A program made the translations under genes and the position numbers. From NCBI GenBank assembly GCA_951406725.2, contig OX597816.1, positions 104,160,001-104,224,000 of the forward strand: 64,000 nt of DNA, written 5' to 3'. This DNA comes from Octopus vulgaris (lineage: Eukaryota). The notes under the pieces are model-generated. The model made no database searches. It was not told the DNA's origin and saw only the letters and a program-made list of their open reading frames with translations. Shown in pieces: positions 1 through 10,200 of this stretch. Numbering within the stretch: the first letter of the stretch is position 1; each line of letters opens with the position of its first letter.

Positions 1-551
1 AGGTTGTATCGATGAAACTTTTCCTCAACCAGCATTTTGTGGATGGTTGGTCTTGGAACACCTAACACCGTAGATGTCCGACGAAGTGATTTTTGGGGGC
101 TAGCTAGCAGAAACTTTAGCCTCGACAGCCTCTTTAGTTTCATCTGAAATCTTTGGTCGCCCGGAACGTGGTTTATCCGAAACACTGCCTGTTTCTTTAA
201 ATTTCTTGATCAATTTCCTGACGGCAGTAAAATAAATAGGTTGCCTACAAGGGTATGGAAGATTAAATTCTTCCGCAATTTTGCGATAAGACCATCCCTC
301 TCGTCCACTTAATAATACTAACTCGATTCTTCCTTCTTTAGACAGATTCATCATTCGATCTGGGATTCTTTCTTCTTTAGACAGAGCCATCATTCGATCA
401 TCTGTAGAAAAAATAACAAATAAATTTAGAAAAGTAAAGTATTTTTTTTTATTTAATTTAAACAAAAGTAAAAAAGGAAAATTATTGTTTCTTATATTTA
501 TTTGTTTATGTTATGATTTTATTCCATAAACCCAGACTTCGTGGACACCCT
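1..551 (-). mobile_element. Tc1-like DNA transposon, 5' part (continues beyond window start); transposase pseudogene
   Basis: Minus-strand translation LSKEGRIELVLLSGREGWSYRKIAEEFN...KLIKKFKETGSVSDKPRSGRPK is a Tc1-type HTH plus GRPK linker, with an in-frame stop at 100-102. TIR-like AGGGTGTCCACGAAGTCTGGG at 531-551 (minus). Confidence 0.8.
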
Positions 552-1619
552 AAAATTGCTTTGATTAAAACCCTTTCAACATGGAAGTATCCAAGGAGCA
601 TTTAAGGCACATATAATTCTTTATGAGTACAATAAAGGTAACTCTGCAGCCGAAGTGACTCGAAACATACACTCAGTTTATGGGAAAGTGCTCGAATGAA
701 AGAACTTGCAGGAGATCGTCTGCAAAATTGAAGATGAATATCGAACAGGATGTCCAGTTGAGTTTGATAAGCTCCTTGAGGCATTACTTGAAGAAAATCC
801 GTCATTATCAGTTGAAGAATTGGCAATAAAGCTTACTTCAAACCATACAACAGTTCATCGTCATCTTCAACAACGTGGAAAGATTCCTAAACTTGGAAAA
901 TAGGTGCCTTATGTATTGTCCGAAAGCAACCGCAAATCCCGAGTTAGCTTCTGCTCTTCTCTCCATTCTCGCAAACTCATTTCACCCTTTTTCGATAGAC
1001 TTGTGATGAAAAATGGATTTTCTATCGAAATGTTAAACGTCGTAAACAGTGGCTTGGTAAAAGGGAAAATTCTCAACCACAACCGAGAAGGGAACTTCAT
1101 GGGAAAAAGATTCTACTCTTTATATTATTACCACCTAATGCAACAATCAATGCTCAAGTCTACTGTCAGCAATTAGGGCGTTTGAACCAAGCTTTGAAGG
1201 TAAAAAGAGCCGCTTTAGTGAGTCGAAAACGAGTGATGTTTCATCAGGACAATGTACAACCCCACACTGCAAAGATCACATCACAGAAGATCGAAGGGGT
1301 CGGTTTGGAAAAATTTCTTCATCCAACTTATTCTCCCGACCTTACTCCTTCAGGATACCATTTGTTTCATAGTTTACAGAATTAGTAGCGGGATACAACT
1401 TTCGCAAGCCAGGGGGAGGTCGAATCTGACATTTCAGAGTTCTTCGCTTTCAAACCAAAAGAGTTTTACGTTGATGGGATTAAAAAGCTTGTAAATAGAT
1501 GGAGGTAAGTCATAGATAATTAGGGAAAGTACATTGATGATTAACTTTCAATTAAATATAACATTTGATCACTTGTATTCTTTATCCAAAATTCAGACAG
1601 AACTTATGGGATGACCTGA
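552..1619 (+). mobile_element. mariner transposon lacking its 5' TIR; frameshifted transposase pseudogene (~581-1542)
   Basis: ATG at 581 gives MEVSKEHLRH. Later frames give RTGCPVEFD, GK*VPYVL (WVPHEL-like), MFHQDNVQPH and HPTYSPDLTPSGYHLFHSLQN. 3' TIR-like GACAGAACTTATGGGATGACCTGA at ~1595-1619. Confidence 0.88.
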
Positions 1620-2018
1620 GATATATACACCGGCGAAAATATATTTAAGACAGACGATAAAAGTTCTATTTCTTACAAAATATTTTGTTACTAACACCAT
1701 ACAAATTATTTTTATCTTTTACACCTTATGCAAAATTTATTTCGCTTTCGAATGATGCAGACAATAACCATTTTTATACAACTTGAAGAATTCTAATGCT
1801 AAACATAATTTTAATGGAGATAACCTGCAGTATATAGTACAACATTTTTGTCTCTGTATATGAGCTAAGTATTAATAAAATGTGGTATACGATAAAAATT
1901 TCGGATATTTGTCTTAAAACATTCAGACAAGAAAATTCAGACATAGCACATGAGGTATTATTCCATACGAATATCCACATATTTATATTAAGAATTTCAT
2001 GATAAAAATATAGAAATA

Positions 2019-2586
2019 CTGGGTTGTCCGGAAAGTTCTTGCCGATTTATAGTAGCTTATCTTTCGACTTATCTTAGAACATGTTTGAGTCCATAAAATA
2101 GGATTAGACTACACCTCCATTTGGAGCACAGTTTAATCTATCTTTTCGTGGAAGAAGGTTCATGTTCCAATAACCTGTGCTAATTCTGTAACCCTTTAAA
2201 TTAAAAGATGAGAAAAATTCATTATCGGCATTTGATGCTTTGGGAACCAGACAAAAATTGCTGCAGCTTGGCTGGGGTGACTTACCCCACCCTCCATATT
2301 CACCAGATATTACTTCTTCGGATTTCCACTTATTCAGGTCTCTGCAGAATAGTCTTAATGGTGAAAATTTCAATTCCTTAGATGACGTAAAAAGATACCT
2401 TGATGAATTATTTGTCTTGAAACCACCCCAATTCTGGGAAGATGGGTATTTTTAAGGTAAAGGTAAGATGGAGACGTATTGTGCAACGAAATGGTTCAGA
2501 TTTGGTTCATTAAAAATGTAATGGCAAGTATTTAGTGACCATGTACTTTCCTTTAAAAATCGGAACGAACTTTCCGGACAACCCAA
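2019..2586 (+). mobile_element. Internally deleted mariner with both TIRs and TA target duplication
   Basis: TA-CTGGGTTGTCCGGAAAGTTCTTGCCGATTT at the left and AAATCGGAACGAACTTTCCGGACAACCCAA-TA at the right. Only the C-terminal transposase segment remains (LPHPPYSPDITSSDFHLFRSLQNSL, ORF 2240-2455). Confidence 0.92.
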
Positions 2587-2854
2587 TATAAACATAACAA
2601 TGAAATACGAATATAAACATGAAAAATAAAAACCTAAATTGAAAGAGGCGATTAAAATTTTTTCCTAACCTGCAGCCATTTGTTGTACGAAGTATTCGAA
2701 ATTCAGCCTTCCTTCCTCAGGGTTCCTTTCTCGTGGTAAAATCCAGCAGAAAGCAGAAAATAGTTTGATAAAAGGATGTGATATAATGACACTTATTCAT
2801 AGATACTCAAAAACTGAACTTTCACCAACTGAATACTTGTTATATCACATCGAT

Positions 2855-4660
2855 TTTATTATTACCCACAAGGGGCGAACATAGAAGGGACAGTACAATC
2901 GGGGAAAAAAAAAAAAAAAAATGAAATATGAAATATGTATAAATGTGGTGTAATGCTCCACCCGATCCCCGAAATCAGGTGGTTACATTTCGTCATTTTA
3001 TAATGTTTTCAAAAGTAACAAATTCATTTTTCAGCATTTCGCAATACATTTCAATACATTTCAAAATATAATTTCAAAATACATTATCAATTACAGACAA
3101 ATTGTTTTCACAAATTCACATATAAAACTTTCGCAATACATCTTTAAGATTTCAAAATACATTTGAAATGAACAAAAGTCTTTTCCAAAGTCTCTCTTTT
3201 TTTTTTTTTTTTTTCTTGTAATTTTAAATTAGCTCCATTACCTTTTTTAGGTCATTGTAGTTTTCCATTTCTCTTGGGTACCTTAGTAGTCGGCACTTCA
3301 TGTGTCTAGTTATGTTCATACCAGCGGCCTCGATAAACGCATCGGCGTTGTCTTCATGGACCAGTGCACCCGTTTCCTTCCACTCCGTGCCCATTCTGAC
3401 CCATGAATATCCCTCCGTTTCACTTATTAGTTCATCCATCTCCCCACAGTGTCTATATTGAACCAATGTTCCGTAAAATTTGTATCTTCTATTTGACTAT
3501 GTTTTCTTTGGTTTTCCTCTTCGGGCTTACTTCTTTACCTCCCTCTCTCGGTTTTTCTCTTTCTCTCTTTTTGCTTTCCTTTTCTTTTTCTTTCTCTTGT
3601 CTTTTTGGTTCTTTGTCTGTCGTATGTTCTTTTCCTGTTTTTTCTTTTTCTTTTTGTGTAGCAGCCTTTCCTTTCTCTTGGTTCTGTTCCTTCTCTTATT
3701 TGTTTTCCTGTTTTTTCTCTTTCCTTTATTTTACTTTCTTTTTCTTTCTCTATTACCTGTGACTTTTGTTCTTTTTCTATTAATTCCTTCTCTTTGCTTT
3801 CATTTTCCTTCTGTGTATTGTTATTTCCTTTTACCTTTGTTTCCTTTTCCTTGCTTTCTTTCTCCTTTAGGGTATTGTTCCCTTCTTCGGGTTCTTTTTC
3901 TTTCTCTTTTTTGTTTTCCTCTGCTTCTTCGCACTCCTCCACGTATTCGTAAAGCGGACATTCTTTTTTAATGTGACCTCTAGTCCCACATAAATAACAG
4001 TTGGGTTTCCTACCCTCAACGATTACGCAGAGGGGTCTACCATTTTCTACTTCTATTTGGAAGGGAATTCGGTCTATGCTGGTCTCTTTTATCGATCCAA
4101 TTCTATACCTTCTTCCGCTGATCCTAGGATGGCTGTTACTAGCCATTCTGTTTTTAAATCTGGGGGTATGTTTGGGATTTTAACCCGCACCCCTCTTTTC
4201 CCCTTGTAGGTAGGCCACATGACGAAGTTTTCGCCTCTGAGTACGGTGGTAGCTAGTGAGGCCGCAACTTCTTTTGTTGCGTACCTCACCTCCACCGTAC
4301 CATATTTCCTGCCTCTGCATACAAAGGTAGCCTTTTTCATAACGTCGTCCAGACATTTTTCTATGTCTTCTATCGCTATTCTCGATAGCTTTCTTGTGGT
4401 CGTGTCCTGTGTCCTATAGATTATAGTTTTGTCCTCTTTTTCCTCCTTTGCTTCAACAGGGGGGACCAGCTTCACTATGTCACCCTCCCTTTCAATGAAT
4501 TTCTCAAATTCCTCTAGCTGTTCTTTTTTTAAGAACACCTCTCTTACTGTCAGCGACGTATCGCTTTTCATTGCGACGACCCCCGCGTAAGTCTCCATGA
4601 CTTGAGGGTCGGCGCACTTTCTACAAAAAGTTTCTAACGCGCTGCGGCAAATGCCTCGCG
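2855..4660 (-). mobile_element. ORF1-only non-autonomous non-LTR retroelement (half-LINE-like)
   Basis: One disrupted ORF (4598->3224), then a ~370-nt 3' UTR ending in TGTCCCTTCTATGTTCGCCCCTTGTGGGTAATAATAAA, the same tail as the neighbouring Tx1/L1 LINE. No endonuclease or RT between ORF1 and the tail. 5' boundary approximate. Confidence 0.7.
3224..4598 (-). pseudogene. Gag-like LINE ORF1 protein with CCHC zinc knuckle and long K/E-rich tract (frameshifted)
   Basis: ORF pieces 4089-4598, 3535-4146 and 3224-3466 join via frameshifts. VKIPNIPPDL and VIVEGRKPNCYLCGTRGHIKKECP (Cx2Cx4Hx4C) are typical of L1/Tx1-type ORF1. Confidence 0.8.
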
Positions 4661-4696
4661 TGATTCAAATTTCTATATACAAGAATTAACAATTAT

Positions 4697-7484
4697 ATTT
4701 CTTTATTACCCACAAGGGGCCAACGAAGAATGGGACAATACATCATGATTTGGGGTCATGAGACACAAATGGTATTTACAGAAAAAATGAACTTTTTTTT
4801 TTTTTTTTTTTTTTAAATTACACAAAAATCGGGTAAATCGAATGATACACAACAACAACACAACATAAAGAGAACACATGAAGTGGGAACACCAGGATTG
4901 CCGACCCCACGAGCCCTGCTATTCCCACCGAAACTCGGCAGCCAACCTACAGCATGTTTACGTGGCTCCTCTCACTCGCAGCAACCGTGCCACACGCTTC
5001 CATATTTTATCGAACTCACACGCAGACAGACACCTCTTCTCCAACTCCACCTTTCTTTTTAGGTGGAACCTAAAATAGGTCACCAAGGCGGAGCCAGAGA
5101 TCACGGTGCCTGTCGTTACCGCTTTCATTCTGGTCTTCCATATACACTCTTTCGCTACTGCTACTGTACTGAGAAAGCAATGCTTACCTTCACTTGTCAA
5201 AAAGCTAGGCGAGTCAATTTTTATAATTGTCTCAGCCGATAGCTGTACTCTTCTTCCGTCCGACAACAGGTGTTCGGCATATACCCACACGTCCGAAACT
5301 TCCGGACACTGAACAATAGCGTGCGAGACTGTTTCCAGATCCCGCTCGCATCTTGGGCAGTTCGATGGTCCACTCCAACCATGCCTTGTGAGTTTATCCC
5401 GAACGGGTAAAGCTCCTCTGAAACATTGCCAGGTCAAAGACTTCTGGAAGTTATCCAATGTCTTCGGCCCGAACGTCCTTCGGAACAGGCTGTCCAACTG
5501 ATTTCCATCGAGGCCCAAGGTCCTTCCTAAGGCATCGTCATTTCCGGCCTCTACCAACCTGCTATAGAAAGCTGCGGTGGTACCAAAGCCGCCGGCATTG
5601 CCCGACTTGCGGAAGTGGCAGAGTGCCATAAGGCACTCCGAATACCACATGCTCGATCTAAGTCTGCGACGAAACCAGGTTTCTCTGCCACCGAAACTGA
5701 CAAAGCTGAGGAACATCTGCCTCGCAAGCGGGGACCACACCCGTTCACCATCCAGGTAGAGCCAAAGGTGCCTTAACCTCAGCGCATCTCTGCGCATCAT
5801 CAGCCAAGGCATCCCTAAGCCACCCTTTAACGGTTTCTGACAGCAGATAGAACGTCTTACAAGAGGAGCGCTTCCCTTCCACAAAAAGTGGAAGATCTGC
5901 CTCTCCAACTTGCTCAACCACGAATCCGGACAAGGGACGACGGTCAGGCGGTAGGTGATGACCGATGCTAAAAACACATTGGCCACCTCCGCCCTCCCTT
6001 TCAAGGATAGCCACCGTCCGGACCAAGTCCCGACCGCGTGAGCCACCTTGCTCGTCACCTCAGACCAGTTCTTTTCTATCTGGAGATCTGGACAAACCAG
6101 ATCCCTAGCAGCTTAACCGGGCCCTCCGTCCAGCATCCCACGATGCTATTCGAAGGCATCGGCTTGCCCCTCCAGGTGCCGAGTTGCAAGCCGACCGATT
6201 TTTCCCGGTTAATCTTTGCTCCTGTCACCGTTTCGTAAGCCTTGATGGCATCTCCCACATTACGCAGGAGTTCCACCTCGGTCACGATGATGGTGATGTC
6301 GTCCGCATACGATGTCACAGATCCTCCACCTCCTGGATTCATCGGGATGGCGCTCAGCTTTCGCAGCAATGGCTCAAGAGCCATCACATACAAAATCGGG
6401 GAGAGCGGACACCCTTGACGAACAGACTGTTTGATGCGGAACGGCTTCGAGAGGAAGCCATTCACTCGAACGATCGAGTCGATGTTATCGTACAATTGTA
6501 TGATCCACCTGAGGAAGCCAATGCCCAGACCGAACTGCGCCAGCACGGACACCAGGTACCGATGGTTCACCCTATCAAACGCTTTACTCTGGTCTAAATG
6601 GACCAATGCCCCACCCTTGCCAGAGTCATTCCCAAACCTCTCTATTGTGTAGCGTACTAGGTGAAGATTGTCCTGGATGGTTCTTCCTGGGACCGCACAA
6701 GTTTGTGCCTTCCCGATCAGACCACCCGCGACACGCGTCAACCTTTTCGCTAACACCTTGGCCAAAATCTTCACCTCTGTGTTTAGCAGTGTGATGGGCC
6801 GAAAATTGTCTATGTTATCCCCCTTGCTCGGGTCCTTTCTGATCAGCGTCACCACTCCCCGACGTACAGATCTGGGAATGAACCCATTCTGCCGCCAGTT
6901 CGTGAAAACGCCGGCCAGCACGTTCCCGAACAAGTCTGGCATTCTTTTATATAGTTCGTAAGGTAAACCATCGATCCCCGGCGCCTTGCCTTCACCGCAG
7001 TCGGCCAGGACCTCAGCTATCTCCTCAGGCGAGATCGACGCTTCACAGTTCTCCGCATCCTGCCCCGAGAGGCGCGGCAGCCCGGCGAGGATGTCCGTTA
7101 GGTCCACCCTCTCCTCCGGTCCGCCGTCGCCCCCAAAGAGCCGAGCGAAGTGCTCCTGAAACGTCCGACACATCTCCTCTGGTTCGGTGATCACATCACC
7201 TCGCCCATTCGTCACAGACTTAATTGTGGAATCGTTTCCACGTTGAGCCTCCACAACTCGTGCCCATCCGGCAGCCCTGATACCCTCGCACCCCATTGCG
7301 CGAATTCTAGCTCTGACGATACAACCCATATGTTGGGCTTCGAGGTGCTGGTTCAACTCCAGTCTCTTCAGCCTAACCTGGGCCCCATCGCCAGCTCTCA
7401 TGGCTTCCTCTAAGGCCTTAACTAGCCCCATCTCTTTCTTACGCCCGCTAGTTGCTAGACCTATGCTGTATCTAACGGACTCGT
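4697..7484 (-). mobile_element. Tx1/L1-clade LINE, 5'-truncated (no endonuclease domain)
   Basis: GC-rich island containing ORF2, then a 3' UTR with an internal A-run, ending ...TTGGCCCCTTGTGGGTAATAAAGAAAT. Confidence 0.9.
4958..7431 (-). pseudogene. LINE ORF2: reverse transcriptase plus C-terminal zf-RVT-type cysteine domain, one frameshift near 6080
   Basis: RT motifs KAPGIDGLP, NFRPITLLN, LDQSKAFD, VRQGCPLSP and YADD in ORF 6076-7431. LSLKGRAEVAN, GGLGMP and CPRC...ETVSHAIVQC in ORF 4958-6058. Confidence 0.95.
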
Positions 7485-7488
7485 TAGA

Positions 7489-7755
7489 GCTCCATGACCT
7501 TCATTTTTCAGGAACAAAATCTTTTTAACAAGTTAAATAAGACTGGAATTTTGGAATATGCGCATAAAAATCAGGATTATGGGATACATGTGGCACGATT
7601 ACAATTTTTTAGGGTGTGTAAAGATTGAAATAACCCTCATCTGCAATTTTGAGGAAATTCGAAACATAGATATTCCAGTTCATCACAGAAGATATAACAG
7701 AAAAGTCTAATTCTCCAATTGAATGTAACCGGGCAACGCCGGGTATCTCTGCTAG
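7489..7755 (+). mobile_element. Helitron 3' end fragment
   Basis: Subterminal hairpin CCGGGCAACGCCGG followed ~8 nt later by terminal CTAG and flanking T. Confidence 0.75.
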
Positions 7756-7845
7756 TTATATATAAATATAAAAAAGTAAAAGATATGCAATAAATATTAA
7801 TATGTATATAAAAGTAAAAATGTACATATATATATATATATATAT

Positions 7846-8116
7846 TCTTTCTTTTCTTTCTTTTATTCTTTTACTTGTTTCGATCCGAACACTTCTTTAA
7901 AGTAATTCTATATATTTCGCAAGAAAGAACAATAATATATATATATATGCCACCATCGGGGGGACAAACACAAACACACACACAGTTTCCGTCTACCAAA
8001 TTCACTCACAAGGCTTTGGTTGGCCTCAGGCTCTAGTAGAAGACGAAGGCGTCACGCAATGGGGCTGAACCCAGAACCATGTGGTTGGTAAGCAGGCTAC
8101 TTACCACAGCCACTCA
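7846..8116 (-). mobile_element. SINE family 2 (tRNA-like head, internal microsatellite), rearranged partial copy
   Basis: Reverse complement matches the head of the full copy at 19048-19489 (GAGTGGCTGTGGTAAGTAG...TTTGGTAGACGGAAACTG). Confidence 0.75.
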
Positions 8117-8194
8117 TGCATATGTATGTGTGTGTGTGTGTGTGAGTGTGTGTGTGTGTGTGTGAGTGTGTGTTTGTGTGTGTCTGTGTGTAGT

Positions 8195-8412
8195 TTGACA
8201 AGTGTCAATGCACGAAACTCTCGCCCCCCCCGAGTCACTCTGTTGCTTCTGCTAAATATTGATAAACACATATATGACGAGCTTTTTCAGATTCCGTCAA
8301 CCAAATCTACTCACAAGGGTTTAGTCGATCCAGGGCTATAATAGAAACACCCGCTCAAAGTGCCACGCAGCTGGGCTGAACCCGGAACGGCTTACAACAC
8401 AGTCACGCCTGC
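8195..8412 (-). mobile_element. SINE family 2, degraded copy
   Basis: Matches 19048-19330 in reverse (TTTCAGATTCCGTCAACCAAATCTACTCACAAGG...GCCACGCAG...CTGAACCCGGAAC). Confidence 0.7.
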
Positions 8413-8440
8413 TTCTATTCACATATATACATGATATATA

Positions 8441-8670
8441 TTTCTTTTGCTACCCACAAGGGGCTAAACATAGAGGGGACAAACAAGGACAGACAAACGG
8501 ATTAAGTCGATTACATCGACCCAGTGCGAAACTGGTACTTTATTTATCGACCCCGAGAGGATGAAAGGCAAAGTCGACATCGGCGGAATTTGAACTCAGA
8601 ATGTAGCGGCAGACGAAATACTGCTAAGCATTTCGTCCGGCGTGCTAACGCTTCTGCCAGCTCGCCGCCT
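8441..8670 (-). mobile_element. SINE family 1, full length, with Tx1/L1-type tail
   Basis: Head GGCGGCGAGCTGGCAGAAG, B-box GAGTTCAAATTCC, central GTCGACTTTGCCTTTCATCC...GGGGTCGATAAA domain, tail TGTTTAGCCCCTTGTGGGTAGCAAAAG. Confidence 0.9.
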
Positions 8671-9258
8671 CTTGCATATAAATCTATGTGCGTATATAGA
8701 CACAGTTATACATACACATACCTAGTCATGGATGGCTACACACACTAACACACACGTACACATACACATGCAAGTAGTCACACGAGTGTACACACAACCA
8801 CACACATACGCACGCACACACACACACACACATACACACTCGCACGCACGCACATAATCTTCTTTCCTCTCACCCTTATTCTTCTAAGCAAACACACATC
8901 TACACACACATAGAAAGGCATGCATGCACGCAGACATAAGATTAATTCGCGGCCAAATTCAAGGCAGACGTTGAAGAGAAAGGACAAGCTATTGAAAAGG
9001 TCGCGAAAAATAGCGACGAACGGACTTTCACGAAGAAATAAAACTTTGATTGTTTAACCAGCACGTTAAACAAACGATCGCGTACGAAGTTGGTCAGATG
9101 TGTAACCATATCGTTATTGGCATAATGACCCTGCCAAGAAGCAACAAGATGTGTGTGTGTATACGTGTGTGAGTGTGTGTGCGTATGTGTATATATGTAT
9201 GTGTGTGTGTGTGTATATGTATGTGTGTGTATATGTATGTGTGTGTGTGTGTGTGTGT

Positions 9259-9388
9259 GGCAAAAACAGACCGATAGAATAAGTACTAGGCTTACAAAGA
9301 ATTATCCCTAGAGTCGATTTGCTCGACTAAAGGCAGTGCTCCAGCATGGCCGAAGTCAAATGACTGTAACAAATAAAAGATTAAAAGA

Positions 9389-9390
<2 letters not shown>
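9259..9390 (+). mobile_element. SINE family 2, 3' half
   Basis: GACCGATAGAATAAGTACTAGGCTTACAAAGAAT...GCTCCAGCATGGCC matches 19365-19489. Confidence 0.8.
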
Positions 9391-9421
<31 letters not shown>

Positions 9422-9422
<1 letters not shown>

Positions 9423-9821
9423 TAGCAGTGTCGCCCGGCGTTGCTCGGGTTTGTAAGGGAAATAACTATATAAGCATTTTTAGAGATGTAAAGTATAATA
9501 CCCATCTCAATATGGCTAACCACAAAGGGGGGGGGTGTTACTGTAGCTTTTTACATTCTGAGATTTAATAATGCATTTTTAGAGAGTTACTTCCCTTATA
9601 TAAACCGAGCGAAAATGCATTAAAAATGCGGAAAAATGATGGTAATTTTTTTTTTTAAATCGTAAACTCATCGTAGATGTGCGCTAATACCCAGAAGGGC
9701 TCGATATGAATCACGACTATAAGATACCCGCTTTTGGTTACACTGCACCGCAAAATGAGGGAGTAGTTAGGAATCTAAATCATAGGAGACAGACACACAA
9801 CTTCACTTTTATATATAAAGA
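9422..9821 (-). mobile_element. Complete non-autonomous Helitron (~400 bp) inserted in (TA)n
   Basis: Minus strand starts TC (TCTTTATATATAAAAGTGAAGTTG) and ends with hairpin CCCGAGCAACGCCGGG then CTAG, between host A and T with no TSD. Confidence 0.88.
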
Positions 9822-9992
9822 TATATATATATATATACACACATACACATATATATATACAGTATATATATATATATATATCAAGACAAGAAACGATTGT
9901 AGTGGCGGTTTTTTTGACTATTTATTAAAATTTTATGTATTGATTAAGTCTTTCCTTGTTTGTTTTGCAAAATAGTGGTTTTGTCTCTAATA

Positions 9993-10040
<48 letters not shown>

Positions 10041-10200
10041 TATATACAGGGAAAAATTCAATTTAGAAATACTAAATCAAATTTCACAAAATATAATATA
10101 ATATATATATATATATATAAAATTAGAAAAAAACACCTTTTATCAATTCAAAATGAACAATTAAATTACACCATCTAGAAAATTACATATAATAGAAATA

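Noticed and set aside
3403-3971. Phe/Leu/Ser-rich 'membrane protein' ORFs on the plus strand
   Set aside because: Antisense shadow of the purine-rich K/E tract of the ORF1 pseudogene.
8940-9135. CpG-rich unique patch with short open frames on both strands (FAAKFKADVEEKGQ...; [12 protein letters not shown]...)
   Set aside because: No recognisable homology and no convincing acceptor/donor pair; cannot be supported as an exon or promoter.
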